A DNA stretch of 64,000 bases from Octopus vulgaris (GCA_951406725.2 OX597817.1:137206001-137270000); one strand, 5' to 3'. Counted from the stretch's first letter, positions 27,681 through 42,640 are shown. The notes: a model not told the origin generated them from the letters alone. Numbers and translations: made by a program.

Positions 27681-28550
27681 TGTATGTATGTCATTATTCA
27701 GTTTTTGTGTGTATGTGTGTGTGTGTGTGTGTGTGTGCTTTTATATATATAGATGTATAAGTACGCGTGCGATGACTTTATTAAATTTGGGAAGTCGATG
27801 GTGTTTTTCGAGGTAACGTGAGCGAGTACCTGGTGTGAAACTGCAGGTAGCTATGGTGTGACGAATACAATTTGCGCCAACAGGCGTATGAGTTTGGGGA
27901 AGGAAGGAAACATAATAAATTTGTCTGAAATATTTTACACGCTATCTAGACTAATGTTTCTCTATATATATACTGAATATCTTTCATAAGTGTTTGATGT
28001 AGGAACATTTGCAGTTCTTTTTATCTTCTTATAGTTAACATTGCTTTTGCACATACTTGCATGTTGTGTGTGAGTGCACATGTATGTATGTCTATATGTA
28101 TGCATGTGTATATGCATAACTAGTTTTATATTTGGTTGATGAGAGAAAATCAATTGGAAAGTGGATAATTACGGAAGCATTCGTCACATAAGCAATTGAA
28201 ACGTACGTATTATTAAATGTGTTAGAAATACTGATAATTGTTTTGTCATTATCCCAAAATTATGGAATACACGTTTTTGATAATCTAGCCTAGTTTTGTT
28301 TGGTATATATTATTACAGCGCAATACGGATACAGAAATAGAATGTCGATCTAAACATGAAATCTAATACATCTGTTGACGGGTGTCGCATTAAAGCAATC
28401 AACAACAAGAGCAACAACAACATACACACATCGTCAGTAGTTGACATATCCGAAAAAGAAGCACACTCTAAAACACATTACTGTTATATATATGTATATA
28501 TATATATATGTGTGTGCGTGTGTGTGTGTGTATTATATATATGTATGTAT

Positions 28551-28582
<32 letters not shown>

Positions 28583-28583
28583 G

Positions 28584-28615
<32 letters not shown>

Positions 28616-28644
28616 TGTATGTATGTATGTATGTACATATACAT

Positions 28645-30016
28645 TAGGGTGGTGCAAAATAACTTGTCATTTCAAAAACTTGAAGACGCCCTCTAATTTT
28701 ATTTAATTTAGTGGAAAAAGTGAACATGCAAAATTTCAGCACAATTTAAGACTTTTTAGAGGTTGCTACCATCCATTGAACATTTTGTATATTGTTATTT
28801 CTCAGTTTGCATTTATTGTACATTTCTGTCTCCTTGCCATATTCTACTGGCCCTGATATACAACTTCTAAAGCGATTCAAATCAAAGTTGGTAGAAATTG
28901 GCAAGAACAATTACCAAACAGCAACAGATGACCCTAGCATTGCAGAGAAAATCTCAGATGCTGAAGAAATCATTCAATTTTTTCAAGCTCAGCTTGATGA
29001 CCAGCAGCCTTGTGATGACTACAAGGAATTGCTCAAGCTAACGCTCATTTTCTTCGGTAGTACCCCCAAGTCAGGAATCAGCTTTAAAACACCCGGAACT
29101 TATCACAGAGCACGATGGATAGCCAAGCTAATTTACTGCATTAAAATTTGGACGTTTAAATCTCAGCTTAACCTAACTGAGAGAGTGGGAAAAGGATTGA
29201 GAAATGTTTGCTGCTTTTCAGCTTTGATATACATCAGATCGTGGTACCGGGCATCCATACCCTCATATGCACCCCCCGTTCAGATTTGCATATTGTGCAA
29301 AGTCTGCAGCTCTACAAGCAAAAGGATGACAAGATTGTAAGTGCTGCACTCAATACGTTTTTGAGACATTTGTGGTACCTCTCTGAGGAGCTTGTGGCGC
29401 TTGCATCTTTTGATTCAGTTGTTTCGCATGAGACAAAAAACAAAATGAAGCATGCTCTGCAGAAGCCAGTTGACGGAAAACCGAGCAAACGAGCACCAAT
29501 AAATCCTAAATCAACTGGGCAGAAACAACTTCAGGATTTCGTTACTGCCAACACAAAAAGATTCTTTGAAATCCTAGAGGTGCCTTGCACTTTTCTTGAA
29601 AAAGATGCTGAAGAATGGAATGATGATGAAAGTTATGCGAATGCAAGATATATCGCATATGGACTCAAAGTGTGGAAAACGGACTCATATGGACTCAAAC
29701 GTTGTGGAAAGAGGCGTACGACTGATGGAGAAATACAACAAGCTGATAACCTATGATGAAGAGCAGAAACAATACCTTCTTCAAATTGTTTAAAAGTGAC
29801 AGGTCGTCACTCTCGAACAAAAACAAGAAAACATTACTCTTGCTTCACAAAAAAACAAAATAAACTTACTTAAGTGGTTATGATATACCTACTGGGGAAA
29901 CTTCCACATAAAAAAGTTAGTGCTATACACTATACCTCACTACGTACTGTAGCCTAGAATGTGATTGTTTTTTTTTAAAACTAGGTTAACTAGGTACATA
30001 TCAAACCGGCTCTGGC
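28645..30016 (+). mobile_element. hAT-superfamily (hATm-like) DNA transposon remnant with frameshifted transposase
   Basis: Terminus TAGGGTGG. Overlapping ORFs 28792-29793 give DDYKELLKL..PGTYHRARWIAK.IY..K, RHLWYLSEEL and VERGVRLMEKYNKLITYDEEQKQYLLQIV. No right TIR was found. Confidence 0.8.
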
Positions 30017-30582
30017 GAAGAGTCATCTTCGTAGTCATAAAGCGAGACAGATGAGTGACAACCTGGCAACTGGCGCGTTGGTGTTACACACCATACTAAT
30101 CATATCTGTCAGGCATGTGGAAGAGAGTGTAATTCGGCAGGAGGACTTAAATGACATGCATGGGTACACAAAGCCCAGTTACAACTACAGCCGATTATTA
30201 CTGGTAAAAGTTTTAGTTGCCAATTCTGAATATGATATACCTACTGGGGAAACTTCCACATAAAAAAGTTAGTGCTATACACTATACCTCACTACGTACT
30301 GTAGCCTAGAATGTGATCGTTTTTTTTTTAAACTAGGTTAACTAGGTACATATCAAACCGGCTCTGGCGAAGAGTCATCTTCGAAGTCATAAAGCGAGAC
30401 AGATGAGTGACAACCTGGCAACTGGCGCGTTGGTGTTACACACCATACTAATCATATCTGTCAGGCATGTGGAAGAGAGTGTAATTCGGCAGGAGGACTT
30501 AAATGACATGCATGGGTACACAAAGCCCAGTTACAACTATAGCCGATTATTACTGGTAAAGATTTTAGTTGCCAATTCTGTA
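29879..30582 (+). repeat. 352-bp tandem duplication, two near-identical copies
   Basis: TATGATATACCTACTGGGGAAAC occurs at 29879 and 30231. ORFs 30051 and 30403 are offset by 352. Confidence 0.95.
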
Positions 30583-30760
30583 CAAGACATTGTAGATCTT
30601 TAGCTGGGTTAAAAAGTCACATTCGATCACAACACCAATAACACTTAAGCTTCGTGCAGTGGCCATACTCGATAACGAGGGGGCAGCCATCATGTATGTA
30701 TGTATGTATGTATGTATGTATGTATGTATGTATGTATGTATGTATGTATGTACGTACGTA
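30017..30760 (+). mobile_element. RTE-type LINE 3' end (decayed C2H2 fingers) with (TATG)n tail, partly duplicated
   Basis: Aligns to 45852-46175 and ends GATAACGAGGGGGCAGCCAT followed by (TATG)n. Confidence 0.75.
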
Positions 30761-30845
30761 AGTATGTATGTATGCATGTATGTATGTATGTATATATTTA
30801 TGTATGTATGTATGTATGTATGTATGCATGTATGTATATATACAT

Positions 30846-30904
<59 letters not shown>

Positions 30905-30951
30905 ATGTACTTATGTATGTATATATACATATACATATATATATGCATGTA

Positions 30952-30996
<45 letters not shown>

Positions 30997-31050
30997 TTAT
31001 ATTTATTTGTATGTGTATATGTATATATGTATAAATGTATATATGTATAC

Positions 31051-31099
<49 letters not shown>

Positions 31100-31377
31100 C
31101 ACACAGTTCATACATACATACATTCATACGTACATACGATAAATGTACGATAGCTGTATGAATATATTTGAATGTTTGCTCTTGCAATGTCTGCTGCTTG
31201 GCGGTGAAGGAAATTACAGGAGCAGCCATGTAGCACAGTAATCGGGTGTATGGCATTATAAACCCTGTTTGCATTCTGAACACTAATCTGCTTCGATCAG
31301 CCTTATTTCTGGGTCATACCAGTGATATACTGTGAGCAATTAAAAATGTTCCAATGTTGAATGAATATAAATCAAGT

Positions 31378-31535
31378 AGGCGGCGAAATGCTTAGCGGTA
31401 TTTCGCCTGTCTTAATGTTCTGATTTTGCCTTTCATCCTTTTGGGGTCGATAAATTAAGTATTAGTTGCGTACTGGAATCGATCTAATCCGCTGGCCCTA
31501 CCCCAAAATTTCGGGCCTTGTGCCTAGAGTAGAAA
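31378..31535 (+). mobile_element. SINE family B, internally deleted
   Basis: GAAATGCTTAGCGGTATTTCG..TTTGCCTTTCATCCTTTTGGGGTCGATAAATTAAGTA..GGCCTTGTGCCTAGAGTAGAAA. Confidence 0.85.
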
Positions 31536-31617
31536 TGAATATAAGTCAAGTAGTATTGATATTTTAGCTTCTGATTGGCGGGCAGGAGTATTATTCAAAG
31601 TAGGACGCAGTGGTGTG

Positions 31618-31692
<75 letters not shown>

Positions 31693-31997
31693 AATATATA
31701 TATATATAATACAAATAAGAAAATGGAGGAACAGATTCATTTCAATCATCGACTTACAGAATTTGGTGACTGAAATGAATATATTCCTCCATTTTCTTAT
31801 TTGTATTATGAATTTGAGGTAAAATATTTTACCTTCGCCCATATAATACAATAAATGAATTAATTGCATTGCAATTATAAGCATTTCTGTATTTGCATTT
31901 TGGGTGCTTCACCAGTAGTATATTGGATAACTGATATCCCATAGTGGGTTACACTCATAACCCCTATCTCACTTTGTACTTTTAAGTATATATATAC

Positions 31998-32059
<62 letters not shown>

Positions 32060-32663
32060 GACGTTCATCGAACATAAGCTCGTTGGGTTTGATTGAAGGT
32101 CTTAATAGATTCATTTAAATACCTACCTGTAATATATTGGCGGATATTCAAACAGATATGCTCCAACTTGGCCGGGTTTAGTGTCCAATTTTCGTTAAGA
32201 TTATTTATTTATTTTGACGCTAAAGATTTTAGTTTATTTCAACGAGAACTTGTCCTATTGAATTACAATTCTTCGTATGGTTGTGCGTGAGCTTGAATAT
32301 GTGTGTGTGTGTGGGGGGGGGTGTATACGTGTGACAATCTGGTTTTCATTCGCTTGTTGATGAGTATATATCATGGTTGACTATTTATGATTGAAACGTT
32401 TTTTTTTTCCTTTTATTTTAGTCAACGCGTAGAGATTTTTGAGTTGATATTATCAACTGTCCATTTCGAAATACACACGCTCCCTATTTCCTTTTGCAAT
32501 GATGTTTTCTGGACTGCAATGTGAATATCTGGAGTGAATGTGAATATCTGGCTTTATACATTTGTGGATGCATTTCTTTTAGCTGACTGATTATGGCTGA
32601 AATATTCGGAATATATTTAAGTCAGAGTGAGGCTTCCTCTAAAACTTATTGCTAATGTAATAC

Positions 32664-32694
<31 letters not shown>

Positions 32695-32744
32695 TGTATG
32701 TATGTATGTATGTATGTATGTATGTATGAATTGTTGTATATAAA

Positions 32745-32794
32745 ACAAAACTGTCCGACGAACGGGAACGTGAAACTCTGAGTAACAGTTTTGT
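32745..32794 (+). ncRNA. Type I hammerhead ribozyme-like motif with 10-bp stem I (U4C core variant)
   Basis: ACAAAACTGT-CCGACGA-ACG ggaa CGT-GAAA-CTCtGAG-TA-ACAGTTTTGT. AATAAA follows at 32814, then (TA)n. Confidence 0.72.
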
Positions 32795-32819
32795 GATATT
32801 TTTGCTGCTTTTTAATAAA

Positions 32820-32895
<76 letters not shown>

Positions 32896-33488
32896 ATGTA
32901 TATACGAATGTGTGTGGCATGTGCATTATGGCCAACACCTTTATCTTTTACCTGTTTAGTTTAGTACAGTTGATTATTTGTGTGACAAAGTATACTTTGT
33001 TTAAAGCTTGTTTGTATTTGTACTTGCATGAGTTTCAGTGTTGTGTAGCTTGTGTTTAACTTAAGCCCACTGCTGCGGTTCGATTGTTGTGGTTTCTTCC
33101 CCTTCTCTTTCGTTCCCCACCTTTGTCTCTGTTCCAGTATGTGTCTTATTCTGTTTAGAGTTCAGACCACTTTTGAAGATGAATTTCTCTTAGTGCCTGC
33201 AATGTGACATTATTTCACTTCTCTTGTTTAGTGTATTCTTTGTGTGGTTATGCATTTTTCTGTCGTGCAAAGAGGGAAGGTTCAAGAGCAACTTATCTAT
33301 GAAGGTCACAGTCTGTTAATTCCAAATTTATATTTCCTGTTATTTTGCTTTCTTTTAATTCCCAGATATTTATGCCTTTACATCTGAAGTATAGCCCAAC
33401 TATGGCCTACCTCAGGATCGATGAAATACTATCAGTAATTTACTAGGGTCAATTATATCAGTTATACTCCTTTACTATACGCACACAC

Positions 33489-33550
<62 letters not shown>

Positions 33551-33602
33551 TTATCTAACTGTCTATCTGTCTGTCTGTATGTCACTGACTGTCTACCTCT
33601 CC

Positions 33603-33652
<50 letters not shown>

Positions 33653-34482
33653 AGTTTAGATGTTTATATTATTGGTGATAATGATTTTGCTGTTGTTGTT
33701 GATGATCATGATGATGATTTCGTTCTCTAATTGAAGAATATTGGTACCTCACGGAATTATACAAAGGCAAACACCAACCGCCAGGTATTATCATTCCGGT
33801 GGTCTTTGCTTTCAAACTGTCTACTTTTATACTTTACTCATATACCTTTATACTTTATTACTGATAAAGAGTGAACTGTATAAAAGAGAAATATTTTAGC
33901 GTTACTCTTTAGCTTTAATTGTCGCAATTACCTAAGACCTTCCAATTGGCTTTGCCATAGTTCTACACTGAATGGCATTCTCATTGATATTTCCAGTTCC
34001 AATTCATTTTTAGTCGGTTATATGCTTCTGGTATGCTTATATAGTTTTTCTTTCACAAGCTTGCGTCGTAAACCTTCGTCGGGAATCCACACCGTAAACC
34101 TACGTCGGAAATCCCCGTCGAAAACCTATGTCGTAAACTTACATCTAAACTGATACACAGCTTTGAGTTTCATTTTTGTTCGAATTTTGAGATGAACAAA
34201 TCAATAAAGTCAACATACACAGCAGTAAATAACAATAACAACATCAACATAAAGACAAGAAAGGCTCCCCCCAGAACAACGTGGGGCATAATGGGTAATT
34301 TCACACAAAAATTCAGATAACCCTGAATCACCTGATGCTGGTACTGTTTAACTTACGACCATAACTTACGACCATAAACCTGACCAATTTCGCCACTTCC
34401 AACCCTCTTTTATTGTTAGAGGTCAGCACCTGCATCTCTACCTTCATAATAATATTAGAATGAATTTTATCTATCAATAATC

Positions 34483-34700
34483 TTTACTTGCTTCAGTTAT
34501 TAGATTACGGCCATGCTGGAGTAGCGCCTTGAAGTGAAAGAATTTTTAGTTGAACGAATCGACCCTAGTACTTTTTAAAGACCGGTACTTAGTCTATCGA
34601 TCTCTTTTGTCAAACCTCTCATTTACAGGGACATAAAAAAAACCAACGTAGGTTGTCAAGATGTTGTGGTGAACAAATACAGACACAAACATACACACAA
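34483..34700 (-). mobile_element. SINE family A 3' half, degenerate
   Basis: TTTACTTG.TTCAGT..CGGCCATGCTGGAG..TCTATCG.TCTCTTTTG..GGTTGTCAAG. Confidence 0.75.
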
Positions 34701-35096
34701 TACACACACATACACATACACACACACATACACATTGACGGTTGCACAATTACTTTAGGACACCAGATCTTCAGAAGAAAATAATTGACTCCATTGTTAG
34801 CAACTTCAGGCAGAGTAAAATGTTGATTGACAGAGAAAAGTGTGAACTGCTAGTTCTCATTTAGCTCTGCCTGCCAATTGAGGTTGTTTATTAATAATGA
34901 ATTTAGTTGTTATTTTTATTCTGAAGAACAGGTGATTACGCAATCATCTATGTAACGATTACGCCTAACATACCAGGAACACGTGTAAAAGCTATGTAAT
35001 TAATAACGACATGATAAAAACTTTAAGCGAAACACTTGTTTTATTCTGCTCTCGTGTAAGTGTATTACTTTACAGATATATCTATACATGTGTGTA

Positions 35097-35149
<53 letters not shown>

Positions 35150-35506
35150 ACGAGCGTGCGTGTGTATGGGAATCCATAATTATGTATGCACGAGCGTGAA
35201 TGCATATAAGCATATATGTATACTGTATTTATATTTACTAACACTCATTTATGTGTGTAGAAGTACGCACAAATTTTCCTCATTTATTTATTTATGTATT
35301 TACTTATTGAACGATATAAGGGGCAAACTATTTGAAAAGTATGAATTTATCCCCGTGACATTGTAATTGGTTTTATAATTTGTTCCAGAACTATCCAGGG
35401 AAATACTATTATCACCGAAATATAAAGTAAAGACCACTGGAACTGTAACTAGTTTCATAAGTGTTAACGCACGAAAATCTCGGTTAAATATGTATGCATG
35501 TATGTA

Positions 35507-35565
<59 letters not shown>

Positions 35566-35737
35566 ATATATATATATATATATATATACATACATAGGAG
35601 TCGTCTAAGAGTCAGGGAGAAGATGCACTCGTATGACTGTAAGTAGAATTGCTATATTATCCGAATTTTATAGTATTAAGTATCCAGCCGTGACGGATAC
35701 TTAATACCATAAAATTTGGATGATATACATACACACA

Positions 35738-35791
<54 letters not shown>

Positions 35792-35861
35792 TATATATAT
35801 ACATATACATATATATACATATATATAAAAATACATGTATATATGTATATATATGTATATG

Positions 35862-35922
<61 letters not shown>

Positions 35923-36287
35923 TGTATGTATATATATATAGATATATATTGGCCGAAGCCTATCAAAGTTATCAAAGTTACATGCATAGATACATACATA
36001 TATAAATATATATATATGTGTGTGTGTGTGTGTTTGTGAGTGTATTATATATACATACATACAAACACGCACACTCACACACACATATGTTTACACACAT
36101 ATATGTGTACGTGAGTGTGTTTTTAGCTGTTTAGTGTTTGTGGCTACTTTTTGACCAGGTTTTTCCACTTGTTTCTAGGAATTTGAACAGAGAGTAATCT
36201 TAAACGAACTTCTAAGTAATTCAAGAATTCCTGAACATTAGAGTGGAAACATAAAACGGAAGTTGCTTCAGGTCCCACCTCTCTCTA

Positions 36288-36369
<82 letters not shown>

Positions 36370-36405
36370 GCTAGCTAGCTAGCTAGCTAGCTAGCTAGCT
36401 ATGTA

Positions 36406-36437
<32 letters not shown>

Positions 36438-36856
36438 CAAATAAATAAGTAGATAAATGCGTGTATGCGTGCGCATGCGTCCGTGCGTGCGTGTGTGTGT
36501 GTATGAACTGCGTTGTGTGAGGCACTTTGTGTGTACTTAACTGTTTAGATATTTTTATACGAAATGTTACATACGGTGAATTGCACATTGATGTAGTTAA
36601 ATAATTCATACGTATAACAATGGATGTATAACGTACTATACTGGGTCGTATACTGGTTGTATATTCCATATATATTCTCTAACAATGTAGTAACGGCTAT
36701 CAGATCTAATAATGTGGTAAAATAAATATCTCCCCAATATTTCATATATATCAATATATTCCTTAATTTACATTTCATGGATTTTTCATTATATCTAACT
36801 TTATTCTTTTATATATTTCAATGTTAGAAAATAAAAGTTATACAATAGATCTTTGT

Positions 36857-38164
<1,308 letters not shown>

Positions 38165-38258
38165 TAGTTTTATTTTTATAGCGTGCTTTCACTTCACTGC
38201 CGAGCGCAGCTCTGTGTGCCTTGGGTATATGCTGTGATTTGTTGTGATGCTCTGATGG

Positions 38259-39019
38259 TTATTGTATGGAAAGTGTTCTGCGTAGGATGTGTGCAGTGCC
38301 TAGTAGTGCAATTTTATGTATGTTGTATGTGTTTGTAAGTCCTGGTGTTTTTGCTATGTATTTGTCTGAATTTTTTTTTATCATGCCTAATGCACCTATT
38401 ATGATAGGAATTGTTTCTGATTTTAGATTCCACATTCTGGTTACCTCTATTTCCAGGTCTTTGTATTTTGAAATTTTCTCCATTTCTTTTAGAGACACAT
38501 TGTCATCTGCTGGTATTGATACATCAATTAGAAAGCATTTTTTTCTTCATGATCTCTGACAACTATATCTGGTCTGTTGGCCTTTATTTCTCTATCTGTG
38601 TGTATCGGCATATCCCAGAGTATGATTGCTTCCTCGGTTCCTGTGACCTTTTCTGGTGTGTGCCTATACCATCTTTTTTCTGTTGTTATTCCATAATGTT
38701 TGTATAGCTTCCAGTGTATGTAGGTTCCAACTCTATCGTGTCTGTGAATATATTCCTTCTTAGCTAGGACTGGGCAGCCAGAGATAATATGATTTATTGT
38801 TTCTTGTCCATCTCCACATATTCTGCAGTTACTTGTTATATTTCTTTTCATTACATGTTTTTGGTAATTTCTGGTGGGGAGGCTTTGGTCTTGTGCTACA
38901 ATTAAAAATCCCTCTGTCTCTGCTTGGAGTCCTGAGCTTCTCAACCATTGCTGGGATTTTTCTTTGTCTATTTCTTTTGCATTTAGTTTAGTCCAGTATG
39001 AAGGGGCTTTTCTTGCCAT
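38259..39019 (-). pseudogene. CCHC zinc knuckle and PD-(D/E)xK restriction-like endonuclease of the R4/Dong element, frameshifted
   Basis: CRICGDGQETINHIISGC, RHDRV, NRPDIVV, EKISKYKDL, PIIIGALG. Confidence 0.93.
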
Positions 39020-39256
39020 CGTTTTATCATGGTTCGTTGCTGTTCTAGTTTTAGTTTGGATTTCATTTGTTTTATAGCTTTTGTTGTTTCTTCTTCTTCT
39101 TCTTCTTCATATTTGTTAGGTGGTATGATTTCTTGTTTGTATTTGTCAGCTTCCTTAAATACTGAGAACAGTTTTTTTTGTTTTTCTCGTGTTTTGCTGC
39201 TATTTGTATCAGTCTTCCTTCCTTCTGAAGTAGATATTTTTGCAGTCCTATGGTGG

Positions 39257-40405
39257 TTATTTTATAGTAGTTTTCCAGCTGTATAAGGCCTCTACCACAT
39301 TTTCTATACGTTGTATATATAACCTTTCTATGTCAGGTTTTGGGTGATGCATCCTAGATCCTGTCATTATTTTTCTTGTTTTCCTATCTATTTTGGTCAG
39401 TTCATTTAGTGTCCAGTTAAGGATATTGTAGCTGTAACTTATAACTGGGACGGCTAAAGTGTTAATACCTATTATCTTGTTTTTAGCATTGAACTCTGTT
39501 TTTAGTATTGATCTAACTCGTCTATAATATTCTTTTTTTATTTTCTCTTTCATTTGTGTGTATTGTGTCTTATCTACTTCATGGATTCCTAAGTATTTGT
39601 AAGTTTGGCTTTGGTCTAATTCTTTTATTTCATTTGTTTTATCTTGTGTGATATTGCTACTCTTAACTAGTTTTCCTCTTTTCATGGTTACTTTGGCGCA
39701 TTTTTCTAATCCAGATTTCATATCTATTTCTTTGGTAAATCCACGAACTGTCTTTAGTAGTGTTTCTAGCTGTTTGTCATTTGTAGCGTATAGTTTTAGG
39801 TCATCCATATATAAAAGGTGGCTGATCGTTTTGCCGTAACATTTATATCCGCATCTAGTTCTATTTAGCATATCAGATTGAGGTGACAAGGCCAAGCAGA
39901 AAAGAAGTGGAGAGAACGTGTCTCCCTGGAATATTCCTCTTCTAATGGGGATGGCTTTGGTTTTCATGAGTCCCCCTTTTGTTTGGAGCAGTATCACTGT
40001 TTGCCATTTATTCATAAAGTATCCTATGTATTTTATAATTGTTGGTGCTACTTTGTTAATGGCTAGTGTTTCTAGGATCCATGTGTGGGGGATGCTATCA
40101 AACGCCATTCTGTAGTCGATCCATGCCATACTGAGGCCTTTCTTCTTTCTGTGGCTGTCTTCAGTTATGGCTTTATTGATCATTAGTTGATCTTTACAGC
40201 CATATGAGCCTCTGCGGCATCCTTTCTGCTCTTCTGGAAACAGATTGTTTTCGTCCAGGTGCTTGTTTAATATTTCTGATATTACTGCAGTAAATGCTTT
40301 GTACATTGTAGGGAGACAGGTTAGAGGCCAGTAGTTTTCTGGTTTTGCTGTCCCATTGGATTTGGGAATTAAGATGGTTTTCGCCTTCGTGAGCCATTCA
40401 GGCAC
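39257..40405 (-). pseudogene. Reverse transcriptase domain of the R4/Dong element
   Basis: PLTCLPTMYK, EEQKGCRRGSYGCKDQL, AWIDYRMAFDSIPH, RGIFQGDTFSPLLF, SHLLYMDDLKLYA, YKYLGI. Confidence 0.95.
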
Positions 40406-42240
40406 TGTCTCTGGCTCTGCAGGATGTTGTTAAAGTTTTCAGCCAGCTTTTTGTGCATTCCTGTTAGATATTACAATCAGAAGTTGGAGATCTTGTCATG
40501 CCCAGGTGCCTTCCAGTTGCTTAGTCTTTGCAGTGCCTGGGTGACCTCTTCAGTTGTTATGGGGATCCAAAGTTGCTCAGATGCTATGTTTGTTGTTTTA
40601 ATACTCCTTTTTTTTTGGTTGTTCATTCGCCGACCATATTCCTTTCCAGAATTCTTCCACTTCTGCTGTTGGTGCTGCAGTGATGTCTATTTTATTTTTG
40701 CCAAGTTCTTGGTAGAACTTTTGGAGTTGGAGTTGAACTGTTTGTTTTGTTCAAAGAAACGTTGGCGTTTCTCATACCGGCGGATCCTTTGTGCTTTGGC
40801 AAGGATATCTTGCTTTTGCTTTTCTTTTATCTCAGGTAAATCTTTTTCTGTGATGTTGTATTTGCACAGTATTTTTGTTTTCTTTTTGCTGCTTAGTAGC
40901 GTTGATTGTCCACTGATTTCGTTAAGAATCGACAGATCTTTTCTCATTTTTGGTATTTTCTTTTGGATGTTATTTATCCACAGGGTTTGTTTGGGTGGTG
41001 GAACTCCTGTTTGGATGGGTTTGAGGGAGTATCCAGCTTATTTTGTGGCTGCAGTGGCTGCTGCGTATACTAAGTCATTTAGCTCAGTGATATCGCTATT
41101 TGTTTCAGTGGCTATTAGTTCTGTGACGGCTAGGTTTATGCTGTTTATAATTGATGTTGTTGTTTTGTCTCTTTTGATTTTTGGGAGGTATGGTCGGTGG
41201 TCCATCTTGCGATCTGTGTTTTTCAGTTCTTTGATTATTCTACTTTTTATAGTATCATAATCATTAGGCTCCCCTTCGTTGTTTCCAGGTTTTAGATTTG
41301 TGTCGCTTTCTTTCTCATCCTTATGTTTGTCTGTAGCGTTTTGGCTTGCTGCTTGTCGTGAATTATTATGCATCCTTACGGTCTGGTTTTGTTTTTTGTT
41401 TACATCGTTTTTGTTGGGAATGTTACGTTTGTCTTCGTGTTTTACTATCTCAGTGTTCATATTATTTGGCATTGTTGTGTGGCTTCTATCTACATTTTCC
41501 TGGTGTATTTTTTCTTTTACATTTTCTATTTCTATTTCTGATATTTTTTTGCGTACGTTAGCTAGATTATTAGGGTTCATTGCTGTATCCAAGTCTTTAT
41601 TTATGTTATTTTTCTTCCATATTTTACATGCATATATTGTGTTTTCGTTCTTTGGGTAGAGCACTGCTGTAAAGTAAGCGTGTAGGATTGAAATGTATTC
41701 CTCACGTGTCCATTTATGTCTTTTGGGTTTTATTTGCGGGACATGAGGAACAACGTCCGGCCCATTATATTGACGGTCGTCATTTTCGTAGGGTACCGGT
41801 CCGTTAATTTCTGTTGTCACATTGTTTTGCACGTGTAGCTTTTCGTACTTCCTGTGTAACAGGTTCAAAGTACACACTTCCCGATTGTTATTCTTGGGTT
41901 GAATAATATCGGTGGTATTTAATTTTTTCGTAGTTTCTTTGTACATGGTGTTTGGGGTCGGGGATGATCTGGTGTTGATGGATCGTAATGTATCACGTAT
42001 GTTTACATGTGTTGTGTTAGAGGTGGAGATGATATCGAGTTAAAATACATAATTTCGTTTGGAAAATAGTAATAAATTTCAATGAGTTTTACTAACTCGG
42101 ATATAACTTTGTCAGTTATTTTTTTGCTCCATGCGATGTCTTTGTCTCCGATGTTTGTGGATAGATTTCGGAGCACTGTTTTATCGCTCTCACATGTTAA
42201 ACGTCCCCGGTGTTCCTTGTTAAACGTCCCCGGTGTTGTT

Positions 42241-42291
42241 GTTATTATTATTATTATTCTTATTATCATTATTATTATTATTATTATTATT

Positions 42292-42386
<95 letters not shown>

Positions 42387-42421
42387 CATTATTATTGTTA
42401 TTATTATTATCATTATTATTA

Positions 42422-42481
<60 letters not shown>
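42241..42481. repeat. (ATT)/(ATC)n microsatellite
   Basis: Read directly. Confidence 0.97.
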
Positions 42482-42484
<3 letters not shown>

Positions 42485-42640
42485 GTTTGACTTTTGCTTT
42501 ATATTTGTACAAGTTGGCTCCAAGTCTCAAGAGACAACAGATTGGAAGTTCACGTTGTTGTTATGCCTAGTGTGCCATATATTTGGTTGTTTTTTGTGTT
42601 GTACTAGTGGATGTCTAAAAAAAAAAAAAGTTTGTTTTAA
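42482..42640 (-). mobile_element. Probable 3' UTR stub of another (AAT)n-associated non-LTR element
   Basis: Minus strand ...GAGACTTGGAGCCAACTTGTACAAATATAAAGCAAAAGTCAAACAT runs into (AAT)n, with the same polarity as its neighbours. No coding evidence. Confidence 0.4.

Noticed and set aside
32960-33300. Possible Penelope GIY-YIG C-terminal remnant near the 32745 hammerhead
   Set aside because: Only a vague resemblance across frameshifts, which I cannot support by eye.
40424-41659. Long plus-strand ORFs of 278 aa and 126 aa
   Set aside because: Antisense shadows of the A-rich R4/Dong ORF.
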